Shown: positions 32,482 to 41,374, counted from the first letter of the stretch. The stretch is 54,488 nucleotides of DNA from an uncultured Candidatus Saccharibacteria bacterium (GCA_964364225.1 CAYIKP010000002.1:1-54488); one strand, 5' to 3'. Notes: generated from the sequence alone by a model not told the origin. Translations and numbers: made by a program.

Positions 32482-33678
32482 ATGGCAGATTTTGATCGTT
32501 CAAAACCACACGTTAACGTAGGTACAATTGGCCACGTTGACCACGGTAAAACAACCTTGACCGCCGCTATCTTGAAATGTCTTGATAGACAAGGTGATGG
32601 CTACAGCGCAAAAGTTGTAGGCATTGATGGTATTGATAAAGCACCTGAAGAAAAAGCTCGCGGTATTACAATCGCACTTTCTCACAACGAATACGCAACG
32701 CCAACTCGTCACTATGCTCACATTGACGCTCCAGGACACGCTGACTACATCAAGAACATGATTACTGGTGCAGCTCAAATGGATGGTGCGGTTTTGGTGG
32801 TAGCAGCAACTGATGGAGTGATGCCACAAACTCGTGAACACATTCTTCTTGCTCGCCAAGTTGGTGTGCCTAAGGTCTTAGTTTTCCTTAACAAATGCGA
32901 TATGGTTCCTGATAAAGAACTTATCGATTTAGTTGAAGAAGAAGTACGTGAGCTTTTGACCAAGCAAGGTTATGACGGCGCAAACGCTCCTATTATTCGT
33001 GGTTCAGGACTTAAAGCGTTGGAGTCAGCATCAAATGATGATGAATGGGCAAAGAAAATCTTAGAGCTTGTAAATGCTCTTGATACTTACATTCCAATTC
33101 CTGAAAGAGAGATAGATAAACCATTTCTTATGCCCATTGAGGACATCTTCTCAATTGAAGGCCGTGGAACTGTAGCAACAGGAAGAATTGAAAGAGGAAA
33201 GTTAAAGGTTGGTGAAGAAATTGAAATTGTTGGATTAAAAGATACAGCGAAGACAACTGTTACTGGTATTGAAATGTTCAACAAGAATCTTCAAGAGGGT
33301 ATGGCAGGAGACAACGCAGGTATTCTACTCCGCGGTACAAAGAAGGAAGATCTTACTCGTGGACAAGTGTTAGCAAAAACTGGCTCTGTAACCCCTCACA
33401 CAGAATTTGAAGCAGAAGTATACATTTTGAAGAAAGAGGAAGGTGGTCGCCACACTCCATTCTTCTCTGGATACAAGCCTCAGTTCTATGTAAGAACGAC
33501 AGACGTAACAGGAGAAGTTACACTAGCAGCAGGCGTTGAGATGGTAATGCCAGGAGACACAGTTACCTTTAAGGTAAAACTTGTTGCCCCAGTTGCACTT
33601 GAAGAGAAACAAAGATTTGCTATCCGTGAGGGTGGAAAGACAGTAGGTGCGGGTGTTGTTACAAAAATCGTAGCTTAA
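32482..33678 (+). CDS. tuf: elongation factor Tu
   Basis: [17 protein letters not shown] and NKCD motifs; 398 aa. Confidence 0.96.
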   Translation: MADFDRSKPHVNVGTIGHVDHGKTTLTAAILKCLDRQGDGYSAKVVGIDGIDKAPEEKARGITIALSHNEYATPTRHYAHIDAPGHADYIKNMITGAAQMDGAVLVVAATDGVMPQTREHILLARQVGVPKVLVFLNKCDMVPDKELIDLVEEEVRELLTKQGYDGANAPIIRGSGLKALESASNDDEWAKKILELVNALDTYIPIPEREIDKPFLMPIEDIFSIEGRGTVATGRIERGKLKVGEEIEIVGLKDTAKTTVTGIEMFNKNLQEGMAGDNAGILLRGTKKEDLTRGQVLAKTGSVTPHTEFEAEVYILKKEEGGRHTPFFSGYKPQFYVRTTDVTGEVTLAAGVEMVMPGDTVTFKVKLVAPVALEEKQRFAIREGGKTVGAGVVTKIVA

Positions 33679-33696
33679 GAAAAATAAGTTCCTTAC

Positions 33697-34065
33697 ATGG
33701 CACCAAAAGCAAAAAAAGCAGAAACACCAAAAAAATCCTCCAAAAAAGAGGAGGTAGTAGTATCGCGCCTAAGAATTCGTGTACGCGCGTACGAAAACAA
33801 AATTTTGGATGTCTCGGTAAAGCAAATCATTGATACGGCTTTACGCTTTGACGCTGTTGTTGCGGGACCAATACCTTTGCCAACTGAGTTCAAAAAATAC
33901 ACAGTTAATCGTTCGGCCTTCGTCTACAAAAATGCGCGAGAGCAGTTTGAGATGAGGATTCACAAGAGATTAATTGATATTTTGAACCCAACACCAAAAT
34001 TGATTGAATCTTTGACCAATCTTTCTCTTCCTTCGGGAGTGATGATTGACGTTAAGATCGTGTAG
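33697..34065 (+). CDS. rpsJ: 30S ribosomal protein S10 (about 20-aa Lys-rich N-terminal extension)
   Basis: LRIRVRAYENKILD...GPIPLPTE...HKRLIDI core preceded by MAPKAKKAETPKKSSKKEE. Confidence 0.92.
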   Translation: MAPKAKKAETPKKSSKKEEVVVSRLRIRVRAYENKILDVSVKQIIDTALRFDAVVAGPIPLPTEFKKYTVNRSAFVYKNAREQFEMRIHKRLIDILNPTPKLIESLTNLSLPSGVMIDVKIV

Positions 34066-34088
34066 CTTGAAAGTTTAGTGTGACTTAA

Positions 34089-34119
34089 GAAATTTTGCGG
34101 AGTATTTCCGCAAAATTTC
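34089..34119 (+). promoter_or_regulatory. 13-bp perfect hairpin between rpsJ and rplC
   Basis: gaaattttgcgga-gtatt-tccgcaaaatttc with no T-run, 11 nt upstream of the rplC ATG. Confidence 0.55.
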
Positions 34120-34130
34120 GCATCAATAAA

Positions 34131-34751
34131 ATGAAATTTATTCTGGGAGAAAAAAAGGAAATGACACAGATCTTCGACAATGACGGTCATGTTCAACCTG
34201 CAACAATAATTGTCGCTACCCCCATGACAGTTACACAAGTAAAATCTTCTATTACAAAAGATGGTTATGACGCTATCCAAGTTGGTGCCGGTGAAAGAAA
34301 AGCAAAAAATATTTCTAAAGCGGTAAAGGGGCACACAAAAGAACTTGGTAATTTCAAAACTCTAAAAGAGTTCAAAGGAAAAAAAGGAGAAGTTTTAGAT
34401 TTTGCGAAAGGCGCAAAAATTGATGTTTCTGCTTTCTCTGTAGGAGACTCTGTGAGAGTTACATCAATAACTAAAGGAAAAGGTTTTCAAGGAGTTGTAA
34501 AAAGACACGGTTTCCATGGTGGTCCACGTTCACACGGCCAGAAACACTCAGAGAGAGAGCCGGGTTCTATTGGAGGCGGTCTTCGTTCAAAAGTGCCTAA
34601 AGGAAAAAGGATGGCTGGCAGAATGGGGGGCGTTAATGCTACCGTGATGAACCTAAAAGTTCTACAAATAATTCTTGAAACCAATGAAATTCTTGTTCGT
34701 GGCGCAGTGCCAGGTCGTAGGGGAACCATGGTAGAAATCAGAGGAATGTAG
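34131..34751 (+). CDS. rplC: 50S ribosomal protein L3
   Basis: MKFILGEKKEMTQIFD start, KGKGFQGVVKRHGF and GPRSHG motifs. Ends in TAG. Confidence 0.94.
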   Translation: MKFILGEKKEMTQIFDNDGHVQPATIIVATPMTVTQVKSSITKDGYDAIQVGAGERKAKNISKAVKGHTKELGNFKTLKEFKGKKGEVLDFAKGAKIDVSAFSVGDSVRVTSITKGKGFQGVVKRHGFHGGPRSHGQKHSEREPGSIGGGLRSKVPKGKRMAGRMGGVNATVMNLKVLQIILETNEILVRGAVPGRRGTMVEIRGM

Positions 34752-34873
34752 TCCCGTACGAAGCCGCGGTCGCAGTAAAGACCAAAGCAAAATCAAAGCA
34801 ATGGAAACACAAATTAAAAAACAAGATAACGAAGAGAATGTACCTAACAGACCGCGACCTGCTTCGTTCGGGA
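34752..34873. repeat. CCCGTACGAA...TTCGTTCGGG inverted-termini element, copy B (fills the rplC|rplD junction)
   Basis: 5' arm tcccgtacgaagccgcggtcgcag starts the base after the rplC stop. The 3' arm gaccgcgacctgcttcgttcggga ends on the A of the ATG at 34873. Confidence 0.75.
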
Positions 34874-35640
34874 TGGAAACATCTGTATACACAAAAGAAG
34901 GAAAGGAAGCACGAAAAATTGCAATGCCAGTTAAGCTTTTTGGCGCAAGAAAAAATGCTGACTTAGTACACCAAGTAGTTGTTTCCCAGACATCATCTGC
35001 TCGCTCAAATATCGCCCACACAAAAACTCGTGGAGATGTATCTGGAGGAGGCAAAAAGCCATGGCAACAAAAGGGAACAGGGCGTGCTCGCCACGGCTCC
35101 ACACGTTCTCCTATATGGGTTGGTGGAGGTGTTGCTCATGGACCAAGAAACGACAAAAACTATTTCAGAAAAGTTAATAAGAAAATGAAGGTCGCTGCAC
35201 TGGTTAATGTGCTATCACAAAAAGTAAAAGCAAACGAAATTATTTTGGTAGAAAATTTTGCATTAGCCGGCAAGACTCGTGATGGCATGGCTGTTATAAA
35301 AGCACTTTCTAAGGGAACAAAAATGACCGGTTTGGTTGGAAAGAAAGAAAATGCAGGATACATTTTATTTGCAGTTAAAAACCCCCTTACAGAAAGGGCG
35401 TTAAGAAACATCGGTAACATTTCAGTAGGTGAAACAAGAAACTTGGATATTGTTTCGGCCCTTAAATATAAATACATAGTGTTCGTTGATCCAGAAAAAT
35501 CATTTGAAATTTTGAATGCAAAGTTCGGTGAATCAAAAGTTGTAGAAACTACAGAAAAAGAATTAAAGCCAAGGCCAAAACCAAAGGCAAAAAAAGCAGT
35601 CAAAAAAGCCATAAAAAAGTCTGCCAAAGCAAAGAAATAG
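34873..35640 (+). CDS. rplD: 50S ribosomal protein L4 (possible upstream in-frame start at 34801)
   Basis: METSVYTKEG... aligns with L4 N-termini. GGGKKPWQQKGTGRARHGS motif and a Lys-rich C-terminal tail are present. Confidence 0.92.
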   Translation: METSVYTKEGKEARKIAMPVKLFGARKNADLVHQVVVSQTSSARSNIAHTKTRGDVSGGGKKPWQQKGTGRARHGSTRSPIWVGGGVAHGPRNDKNYFRKVNKKMKVAALVNVLSQKVKANEIILVENFALAGKTRDGMAVIKALSKGTKMTGLVGKKENAGYILFAVKNPLTERALRNIGNISVGETRNLDIVSALKYKYIVFVDPEKSFEILNAKFGESKVVETTEKELKPRPKPKAKKAVKKAIKKSAKAKK

Positions 35641-35641
35641 C

Positions 35642-35938
35642 ATGAAAAAGAAACTAAACACAAGTACAGATATTTTTACACTAAAATCTCCTCGTATTAC
35701 AGAGAAGGCCTCTATGCTTCAAGAGAAGAATGTTTTTGTGTTTAATGTACCTCTCACAGCCACAAAAAGAAGTGTAGCGAAGGCGGTTGAAGCTCAATAC
35801 AAAGTACATCCCGTGAAAGTAAATATGGTTAGGGTATTAGCAAAAAACGTTATTGTAAGAAACAAAGCAGGAAAAACCAATCGTGGTAAAAAAGCTTATG
35901 TGTTTTTGAAAAAAGGAGAAACCATAAAGTTGGTATAA
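35642..35938 (+). CDS. rplW: 50S ribosomal protein L23
   Basis: PRITEKAS...VFVFNV...KKAYVFLKKGE pattern. Confidence 0.93.
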   Translation: MKKKLNTSTDIFTLKSPRITEKASMLQEKNVFVFNVPLTATKRSVAKAVEAQYKVHPVKVNMVRVLAKNVIVRNKAGKTNRGKKAYVFLKKGETIKLV

Positions 35939-35948
35939 GAATAATTAT

Positions 35949-36791
35949 ATGAAAAAATTTAAACCAACAACAAAATCTCGTAGACACATGACAGTCCTTC
36001 CTTTCAAGGACAACATAACTACAAATGAGCCGGAAAAATCTTTAACAAGTGGATTTAGAAGGGGAACTGGCAGAAACCACCATGGCCGTGTCACTGTTCA
36101 GCACAAAGGTGGCGGGCACAAGCGCCTTTTCAGAGATATAGATTTTTCATATGATAAATTTGATATTCCTTATACATTAAAATCTGTTGAATACGATCCA
36201 AACAGAACTGGATACATTGGTTTGGTTTTCTATAAAGATGGTGCAAAGCGTTATGTTTTGATTCCTCGTTCTGTAAAAGTGGGAGACACGTTTATGACTT
36301 CAGAGAATGCCCCTGAAACTCCTGGAAATAGACTTCCACTACACAAACTTACTGTAGGAACATTTATCTATAACATTTCTCTTAAAAAGGATGGTGTTGC
36401 GAAGATTGCTCGTTCAGCAGGATCGTATGCTGAAGTGGTAGCTAAAGATGGTGATTGGGTAGACATAAAAATGCCATCAACTGAAATTAGAAAAATTCAC
36501 AAAAATGCGTGGGCAACAGTAGGTGAAGTTTCAAATCCAGAAAATCGACTAGTTAATCTCGGAAAAGCAGGTCGCTCAAGATGGCTTGGTATTCGTCCAA
36601 CAGTTCGTGGAACTGCCATGAACCCTGTAGACCACCCACACGGCGGAGGTGAAGGAAGACAAGGAAGAGGGCACCGTCGAGCAAGAACTCGTCATGGCAA
36701 GCCAACGGGCAAGGGTCAGAAGTCTCGCCGTGCAAAGAAATACTCAAATGTTTTCTTGGTTTCAAGAAGAAGAGTAGGAAAGAAAAAGTAA
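35949..36791 (+). CDS. rplB: 50S ribosomal protein L2
   Basis: HKGGGHKR, GTAMNPVDHPHGGGEGR motifs. Confidence 0.96.
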   Translation: MKKFKPTTKSRRHMTVLPFKDNITTNEPEKSLTSGFRRGTGRNHHGRVTVQHKGGGHKRLFRDIDFSYDKFDIPYTLKSVEYDPNRTGYIGLVFYKDGAKRYVLIPRSVKVGDTFMTSENAPETPGNRLPLHKLTVGTFIYNISLKKDGVAKIARSAGSYAEVVAKDGDWVDIKMPSTEIRKIHKNAWATVGEVSNPENRLVNLGKAGRSRWLGIRPTVRGTAMNPVDHPHGGGEGRQGRGHRRARTRHGKPTGKGQKSRRAKKYSNVFLVSRRRVGKKK

Positions 36792-36884
36792 TAAAGAGTA
36801 GCTTGGTATTTTTCAGCCCAACTACCGCTAAATAAATTTCAAAATTATAGTCGCTTCATTTAACGGAAAATTCAAAACTTCCAG

Positions 36885-36916
36885 AAAAAACACTCCAGTA
36901 TGCTGGAGTGTTTTTT
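36885..36916 (+). terminator. intrinsic terminator inside the S10 cluster (after rplB)
   Basis: aaaaaacactccag-tatg-ctggagtgtttttt. Confidence 0.75.
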
Positions 36917-36918
36917 CT

Positions 36919-37341
36919 GTGTTTGAACAGTTGAATTTTCCTATTTCGCTCGTTAATTTTGGAATTTATCACGCGAGGGCTGAAAAATACCAAGCTACTC
37001 TTTATAGAGAGAGAAAGAGGGCAAATAATGGCTCAACAGTGGTGTTTGCTGGCATCAACCTACTTATTGCGGTTGCGCTCACCGTCTACGGTGGGGCAAA
37101 ACTGCAAGGTAGCATTGGGGTCGGCATCGCTGCTGGCGTTATCGGTGCTGTGGGCCTTACGGCTTTCAACCTGATGCTCTCGAAGTCAAAACCGACAGAG
37201 GTTGGCTCACTTTTCGTTCTCATGGTCATGGCTCAAATCGCGGTTCCCGCGGTTTACCAAATGGTCATGTCGGGCGACGTGTCACTCAAGAAGGTTGCGG
37301 GTTTTCTTGCAGCATTCGCTGCCACCGTGCTTCTCGGCTGA
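36919..37341 (+). CDS. hypothetical membrane protein (high-GC cassette, start uncertain)
   Basis: Three predicted TM helices (INLLIAVALTVYGG, IAAGVIGAVGLTAF, VAGFLAAFAATVLL). A sample line hand-counts to about 60% GC. Candidate starts are GTG 36919, TTG 36931 and GTG 37039. Confidence 0.5.
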   Translation: MFEQLNFPISLVNFGIYHARAEKYQATLYRERKRANNGSTVVFAGINLLIAVALTVYGGAKLQGSIGVGIAAGVIGAVGLTAFNLMLSKSKPTEVGSLFVLMVMAQIAVPAVYQMVMSGDVSLKKVAGFLAAFAATVLLG

Positions 37342-37360
37342 ACCCATTCAAGGAGTGGTT

Positions 37361-37597
37361 GTGAGACAGCTTGAACCAAGAATTGGTAGGACTATCGAAG
37401 ATGCAGCCAAGTCGGCAGTTGCACTGGCTCGCAAGCACACGTGCCCAGTTAGGGTGAAGTTCAATCATGTTACGATGATCGTAGTACCCAGCGATACCCC
37501 GAAGTCCGTAGAGAGGTATTACGGGCTTGCGTCGTTGGTGGACAGCAAGCACATCCGATTCCTCGCTAAGTGGGTCAACACGAGGCCCAAGCGTTAG
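37361..37597 (+). CDS. hypothetical 78-aa protein (high-GC cassette)
   Basis: GTG start 5 nt after AAGGAG, 17 nt after the stop of the preceding ORF. Followed by a 13-bp terminator. Confidence 0.5.
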   Translation: MRQLEPRIGRTIEDAAKSAVALARKHTCPVRVKFNHVTMIVVPSDTPKSVERYYGLASLVDSKHIRFLAKWVNTRPKR

Positions 37598-37630
37598 TAG
37601 TAGTTCTGTTGGTACGAACACGTCGTGTAT

Positions 37631-37664
37631 AAAGGGGCGAAACGCTTGCGTTTCGCCCCTTTCT
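37631..37664 (+). terminator. intrinsic terminator
   Basis: aggggcgaaacgc-tt-gcgtttcgcccct then ttct. Confidence 0.7.
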
Positions 37665-37719
37665 GCTATAGTATTTCGCCAAGCTCTTACCGAGCTTTTT
37701 CGTTTCAAAGGGAAGAAAA

Positions 37720-38064
37720 ATGACAAGATCATCTCACAAAGGTCCATATGTTTACGAAAAACTCCTAAAGAAAATAGGAGGAAAAAAGCCCGCAGAAGCT
37801 GGGGTTATTAAAACATGGGCAAGGGCATCTCAAATTGCTCCTGAAATGGTGGGCTTCACCTTTGGAGTACACAATGGAAAAGATCACATTGAGGTTTTTG
37901 TTACAGAAGATATGGTCGGTCACAGATTGGGAGAATTTTCACCAACTCGTAAGTTTATTAAACACGGAGGAAAGATGCAGAAGGAATTAGAAATGGCCAA
38001 GAAACAAGCTGAAATAACAGCTGCTCAATCTGCAAAATCAGCCCCTGACGCTAAGAAGAAATAA
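37720..38064 (+). CDS. rpsS: 30S ribosomal protein S19 (C-terminal tail)
   Basis: [40 protein letters not shown] motifs. Confidence 0.94.
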   Translation: MTRSSHKGPYVYEKLLKKIGGKKPAEAGVIKTWARASQIAPEMVGFTFGVHNGKDHIEVFVTEDMVGHRLGEFSPTRKFIKHGGKMQKELEMAKKQAEITAAQSAKSAPDAKKK

Positions 38065-38075
38065 TTTTTAATACC

Positions 38076-38453
38076 ATGGCGGAATCTAAGGCAGTTTTAA
38101 AAAGTTTGAGACTCTCTCCTCGCAAAGTCCGTACTGTGGTTTCTTTAGTAAAAGGAAAGTCCGTAAGTGATGCATTTAACATTCTAGATTACGCAGTGAA
38201 GCGTTCTGCTCTTCCTGTAAAGAAACTTTTAATATCAGCTGTTGCTAACGCTAAATCCCAAGGCTTAAAAGAGGATGGTCTATATATAAAAGATATAAGA
38301 GTTGATCAAGCACAGACATTGAAAAGAACTCGCCCTGCTTCTCGTGGTTCTGCTCACCCAATAAAGAAGCGCTCTTCCCACATTATGGTAGTTTTAGCCA
38401 CTGAGAATCCTAAACCTAATAAAAAGGTTAAGATAAAAAAAGCTAAAGAATAA
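38076..38453 (+). CDS. rplV: 50S ribosomal protein L22
   Basis: LRLSPRKVRTVVSLVKGKSV and RPASRGSAHPIKKRSSHI motifs. Confidence 0.94.
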   Translation: MAESKAVLKSLRLSPRKVRTVVSLVKGKSVSDAFNILDYAVKRSALPVKKLLISAVANAKSQGLKEDGLYIKDIRVDQAQTLKRTRPASRGSAHPIKKRSSHIMVVLATENPKPNKKVKIKKAKE

Positions 38454-38454
38454 T

Positions 38455-39141
38455 ATGTCACACACAGTCCACCCATATTCACATAGACTAGGCATCATAA
38501 GAGATTGGAAATCTCGCTGGTTTGCTACAAAGAAAAATTATCCGAATACTTTGCGTGGAGATTTAATAATTAGAAATTTTATAGATAAAAAACTTCGTGG
38601 CTCATATATTGCAGACGTTCAGATTGAGAGATCAGAAAAAGCACTAAGAATTATTTTAGAGACATCTCGCCCAGGAGTAATTATCGGCAGATCTGGAGAT
38701 GGTACAAATAAAATCAAAGAAGAAATTTCAAAACTTTTAAGAGAGAAAGGTCTTTTGGGCAAAGTGGAAGTAAAGCTAGACATCAAAGAAATTAAGTCTC
38801 CAGAATCAAACGCTATGATTGTGGCTCAAATGGTGGCTGAGGGCCTTGAGAAGCGCCTTCCATACAGAAGAGTTCAAAAGCAAATGGTTGAGAAGGTTAT
38901 GGCAAACAGAGATGTTAAGGGAATAAAAATCACAATTGGCGGTCGTTTAGCTGGCTCTTCAATTGCTCGTTCTGAAACAAGAAAGCTTGGAAGAATTCCT
39001 CTTCAAACAATGAGAGCCGACATTGATTACGCTCACTACGAAGCAAAGCTGGCTTATGGAAAGCTTGGCATTAAAGTATGGATTTATAAGGGCGACATTT
39101 TTGCTAACGATTTAACCAATAGTTCAACGAATTCAATATAA
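38455..39141 (+). CDS. rpsC: 30S ribosomal protein S3
   Basis: HPYSHRLGI, KH domain RPGVIIGRSG, GRLAGSSIARSE motifs. Confidence 0.95.
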   Translation: MSHTVHPYSHRLGIIRDWKSRWFATKKNYPNTLRGDLIIRNFIDKKLRGSYIADVQIERSEKALRIILETSRPGVIIGRSGDGTNKIKEEISKLLREKGLLGKVEVKLDIKEIKSPESNAMIVAQMVAEGLEKRLPYRRVQKQMVEKVMANRDVKGIKITIGGRLAGSSIARSETRKLGRIPLQTMRADIDYAHYEAKLAYGKLGIKVWIYKGDIFANDLTNSSTNSI

Positions 39142-39146
39142 ATAAC

Positions 39147-39566
39147 ATGTTGGTACCAAAGAAAGTAAAATACAGAAAGTGGCATGTGATGCGCAGAAAC
39201 CCAAAGAGAGTGGGTGTGGCTTCACGCGGAACTGAAGTTAATTTTGGACAATTTGGTTTGAAAGCAACTACTGCTCACCGTGTGCGTTCAAACCAAATTG
39301 AGGCAGCAAGAAAGGCAATTTCTAAAGCAGTAGGTAAGACAGGAAAAGTTTGGATTCGTATATTTCCAGATATGCCTTATACTCAAAAGCCTGCAGAGGT
39401 GAAAATGGGTAAGGGAAAGGGAGATATTCAGGGCTACCATGTAGAAGTATGGCCCGGCAGAGTTATTTTTGAAGTAGATGGAGTAACGCCTGAAGTTGCA
39501 AAAGAGGCATTAAGAAAGGGCGGTACAAAGCTTCCTCTAAAAACCAAGGTAGTAGAAAGACACTAG
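39147..39566 (+). CDS. rplP: 50S ribosomal protein L16
   Basis: MLVPKKVKYRK and KMGKGKGD motifs. Confidence 0.95.
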   Translation: MLVPKKVKYRKWHVMRRNPKRVGVASRGTEVNFGQFGLKATTAHRVRSNQIEAARKAISKAVGKTGKVWIRIFPDMPYTQKPAEVKMGKGKGDIQGYHVEVWPGRVIFEVDGVTPEVAKEALRKGGTKLPLKTKVVERH

Positions 39567-39600
39567 AAGATGAATATTGAATAAAGAATTATGAATAAAG
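39566..39600 (+). repeat. GAATNNN heptad array, half-element (no inverted partner)
   Basis: GAAGAT GAATATT GAATAAA GAATTAT GAATAAA spans the rplP|rpmC spacer and the rpmC ATG. Confidence 0.6.
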
Positions 39601-39794
39601 AGTTAAAGAAAAAAACAACTGATGATTTAATGAAAGACCTTAGAGATAAAAGGGAGGGCCTAAGAGCTTTTCGTTTTGCTATTCAAGGATCAAAAACAAG
39701 AAATGTTAAAGAAGGAAAAATGTTAAGAAAAGAAATTGCCCAAACTTTAACTGAACTCAATTCACGAAATAATAGTTCGACAGGTTCACTATAA
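39591..39794 (+). CDS. rpmC: 50S ribosomal protein L29
   Basis: 67 aa; pattern LRDKREGLRAFRF...KEIAQTLTEL and operon position. Confidence 0.9.
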   Translation: MNKELKKKTTDDLMKDLRDKREGLRAFRFAIQGSKTRNVKEGKMLRKEIAQTLTELNSRNNSSTGSL

Positions 39795-39800
39795 AATAAT

Positions 39801-40040
39801 ATGGAAAAGAAATCTAAAAAAAGAATTTTGAAGGGGGTGGTGGTGTCAAATAAAATGAAAGATACGGTTGTTGTGGCTGTAAAAAATTTCAAAAAGCATC
39901 CACAATATGGAAAATATATTTCTACTACCAAAAAATACAAAGCCCATGATGCAGGAAATACAAAAATAGTAGGGGACAAGGTGGAAATAATTGAATGTCG
40001 TCCGATTTCTAAAACTAAGCACTTCATGATAGTCTCTTAA
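39801..40040 (+). CDS. rpsQ: 30S ribosomal protein S17
   Basis: KGVVVSNKMKDTVVVAV...HPQYGKY...VEIIECRPISKTKHF. Confidence 0.94.
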   Translation: MEKKSKKRILKGVVVSNKMKDTVVVAVKNFKKHPQYGKYISTTKKYKAHDAGNTKIVGDKVEIIECRPISKTKHFMIVS

Positions 40041-40050
40041 TCTCAATAAC

Positions 40051-40422
40051 ATGATCCAACCACGCTCAATAGTAAAAGTAGCAGATAACTCAGGCGCCAA
40101 AATAGCGAGAGTTTTCAAAGTACTAGGCTCTTCAAAAAAGCGCTACGCAATGATAGGCGATATTTGTGTTCTTTCAGTACAAAAAGCAGAGCCAAGAAAG
40201 CCTGTTAAAAAGAAGGATGTGGTTTATGGAGTAGTAGCAAGATCAAAGGTGGCTACAAGACGCGCTGACGGTTCCTATATTCGTTTTGATGAGAATGCAG
40301 TTATTTTGGTAGATAAAACAAAGCACGAGCCAATTGCAGGACGTGTGTTCGGGCCAATACCAAGAGAATTAGGAGAGAAAGGTTTTCAATCAATAATTTC
40401 TCTTGCTCCCGAAGTTGTATAG
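40051..40422 (+). CDS. rplN: 50S ribosomal protein L14
   Basis: MIQPRSIVKVADNSGAK and GPIPRELGEKGF motifs. Confidence 0.96.
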   Translation: MIQPRSIVKVADNSGAKIARVFKVLGSSKKRYAMIGDICVLSVQKAEPRKPVKKKDVVYGVVARSKVATRRADGSYIRFDENAVILVDKTKHEPIAGRVFGPIPRELGEKGFQSIISLAPEVV

Positions 40423-40441
40423 ACAGCTTGTATAAAAATAT

Positions 40442-40747
40442 ATGAAAATTAAAAAAGGAGACAACGTAATAGTAATTTCGGGAAAAGATAAGGGCAAAAC
40501 CGGTGCTGTTGTTAGAGCTTTTCCTAAAGAAAACAGGGTTTTGGTGGAAGGGGTAAACATTAAATTTATTCACAAGAAACCAGGAAAAAATATTCAAAAA
40601 GGTCAAAAAATTGAAAAAGCCCTACCGGTACACATTTCAAATGTGATGATAGTAGACCCAAAAACAAAAAAACCAACGAGAGTAAAGTTTTCTATGGAAA
40701 AAGGAAAAAAACTTAGAATAAGTTCTAAGAGCGGAACAAAAATATAA
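40442..40747 (+). CDS. rplX: 50S ribosomal protein L24
   Basis: KIKKGDNVIVISGKDKGKTG KOW motif. Confidence 0.94.
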   Translation: MKIKKGDNVIVISGKDKGKTGAVVRAFPKENRVLVEGVNIKFIHKKPGKNIQKGQKIEKALPVHISNVMIVDPKTKKPTRVKFSMEKGKKLRISSKSGTKI

Positions 40748-40768
40748 TGGTTCAATAAATTCACCACA

Positions 40769-41305
40769 ATGACAAATCCTATTAGAGAAAAACAAAATAT
40801 GGCTTTTGAGAAAATGAAAGGACGATTTCATTACAAAAATACTATGCAGGCCCCAAAACTCATGAAGGTTGTTATTTCTGTTGGAGTTGGCTCGTTTAGA
40901 GATAAAAATAAAATAAAAATTGTTCTCGATCGTTTAGCAAAAATTACTGGACAGAAAGCGGTTGAAAGAGGAGCCAAGCAATCCATTGCGACGTTCAAGA
41001 CGCGCCAAGGGGACGTTATTGGCCTACAAGTTACTCTTAGGGGTTCAAGGATGAATGATTTTATAGAGAAGCTTATTCATATCGCCCTTCCACGTACCAA
41101 AGACTTTAGGGGAGTCCCTAAAACTTCAGTAGACGATATGGGAAATCTTACTATGGGCATTAAGGAGCATACGATTTTCCCAGAAACTGCAGACGAAGAA
41201 TTGAAAGATGTTTTTGGCCTTGCAATTACACTTGTTTCCACGGCTAAGAATAAGGCGGAAGCACAAGAATTCTTCTCTATATTAGGTATTCCTTTTAAGG
41301 CCTAA
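40769..41305 (+). CDS. rplE: 50S ribosomal protein L5
   Basis: MQAPKLMKVVISVGVG, LPRTKDFRG, GIKEHTIFPE motifs. Confidence 0.95.
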   Translation: MTNPIREKQNMAFEKMKGRFHYKNTMQAPKLMKVVISVGVGSFRDKNKIKIVLDRLAKITGQKAVERGAKQSIATFKTRQGDVIGLQVTLRGSRMNDFIEKLIHIALPRTKDFRGVPKTSVDDMGNLTMGIKEHTIFPETADEELKDVFGLAITLVSTAKNKAEAQEFFSILGIPFKA

Positions 41306-41374
41306 AAAGGCTTGCTTTGTGGCTTTTTCTCATATAAAATCTCGGAACGCTCTTAAGGAGCTTTTTTGTTAAAT

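Noticed and set aside
33783-33800. gcgtacgaaaac inside rpsJ as a fourth copy of the CCCGTACGAA element arm.
   Set aside because: It lies in conserved coding sequence (RAYENK), lacks the CCC prefix and has no partner TTCGTTYGGG arm nearby.
35160-35663. Long antisense ORFs opposite ribosomal and other genes, for example 35160..35663, 39683..40027, 42862..43182, 34662..35102, 2574..2933 and 8112..8471.
   Set aside because: They mirror well-supported genes on the other strand, encode low-complexity products and have no start or RBS context. They are typical shadow ORFs in biased-composition DNA.
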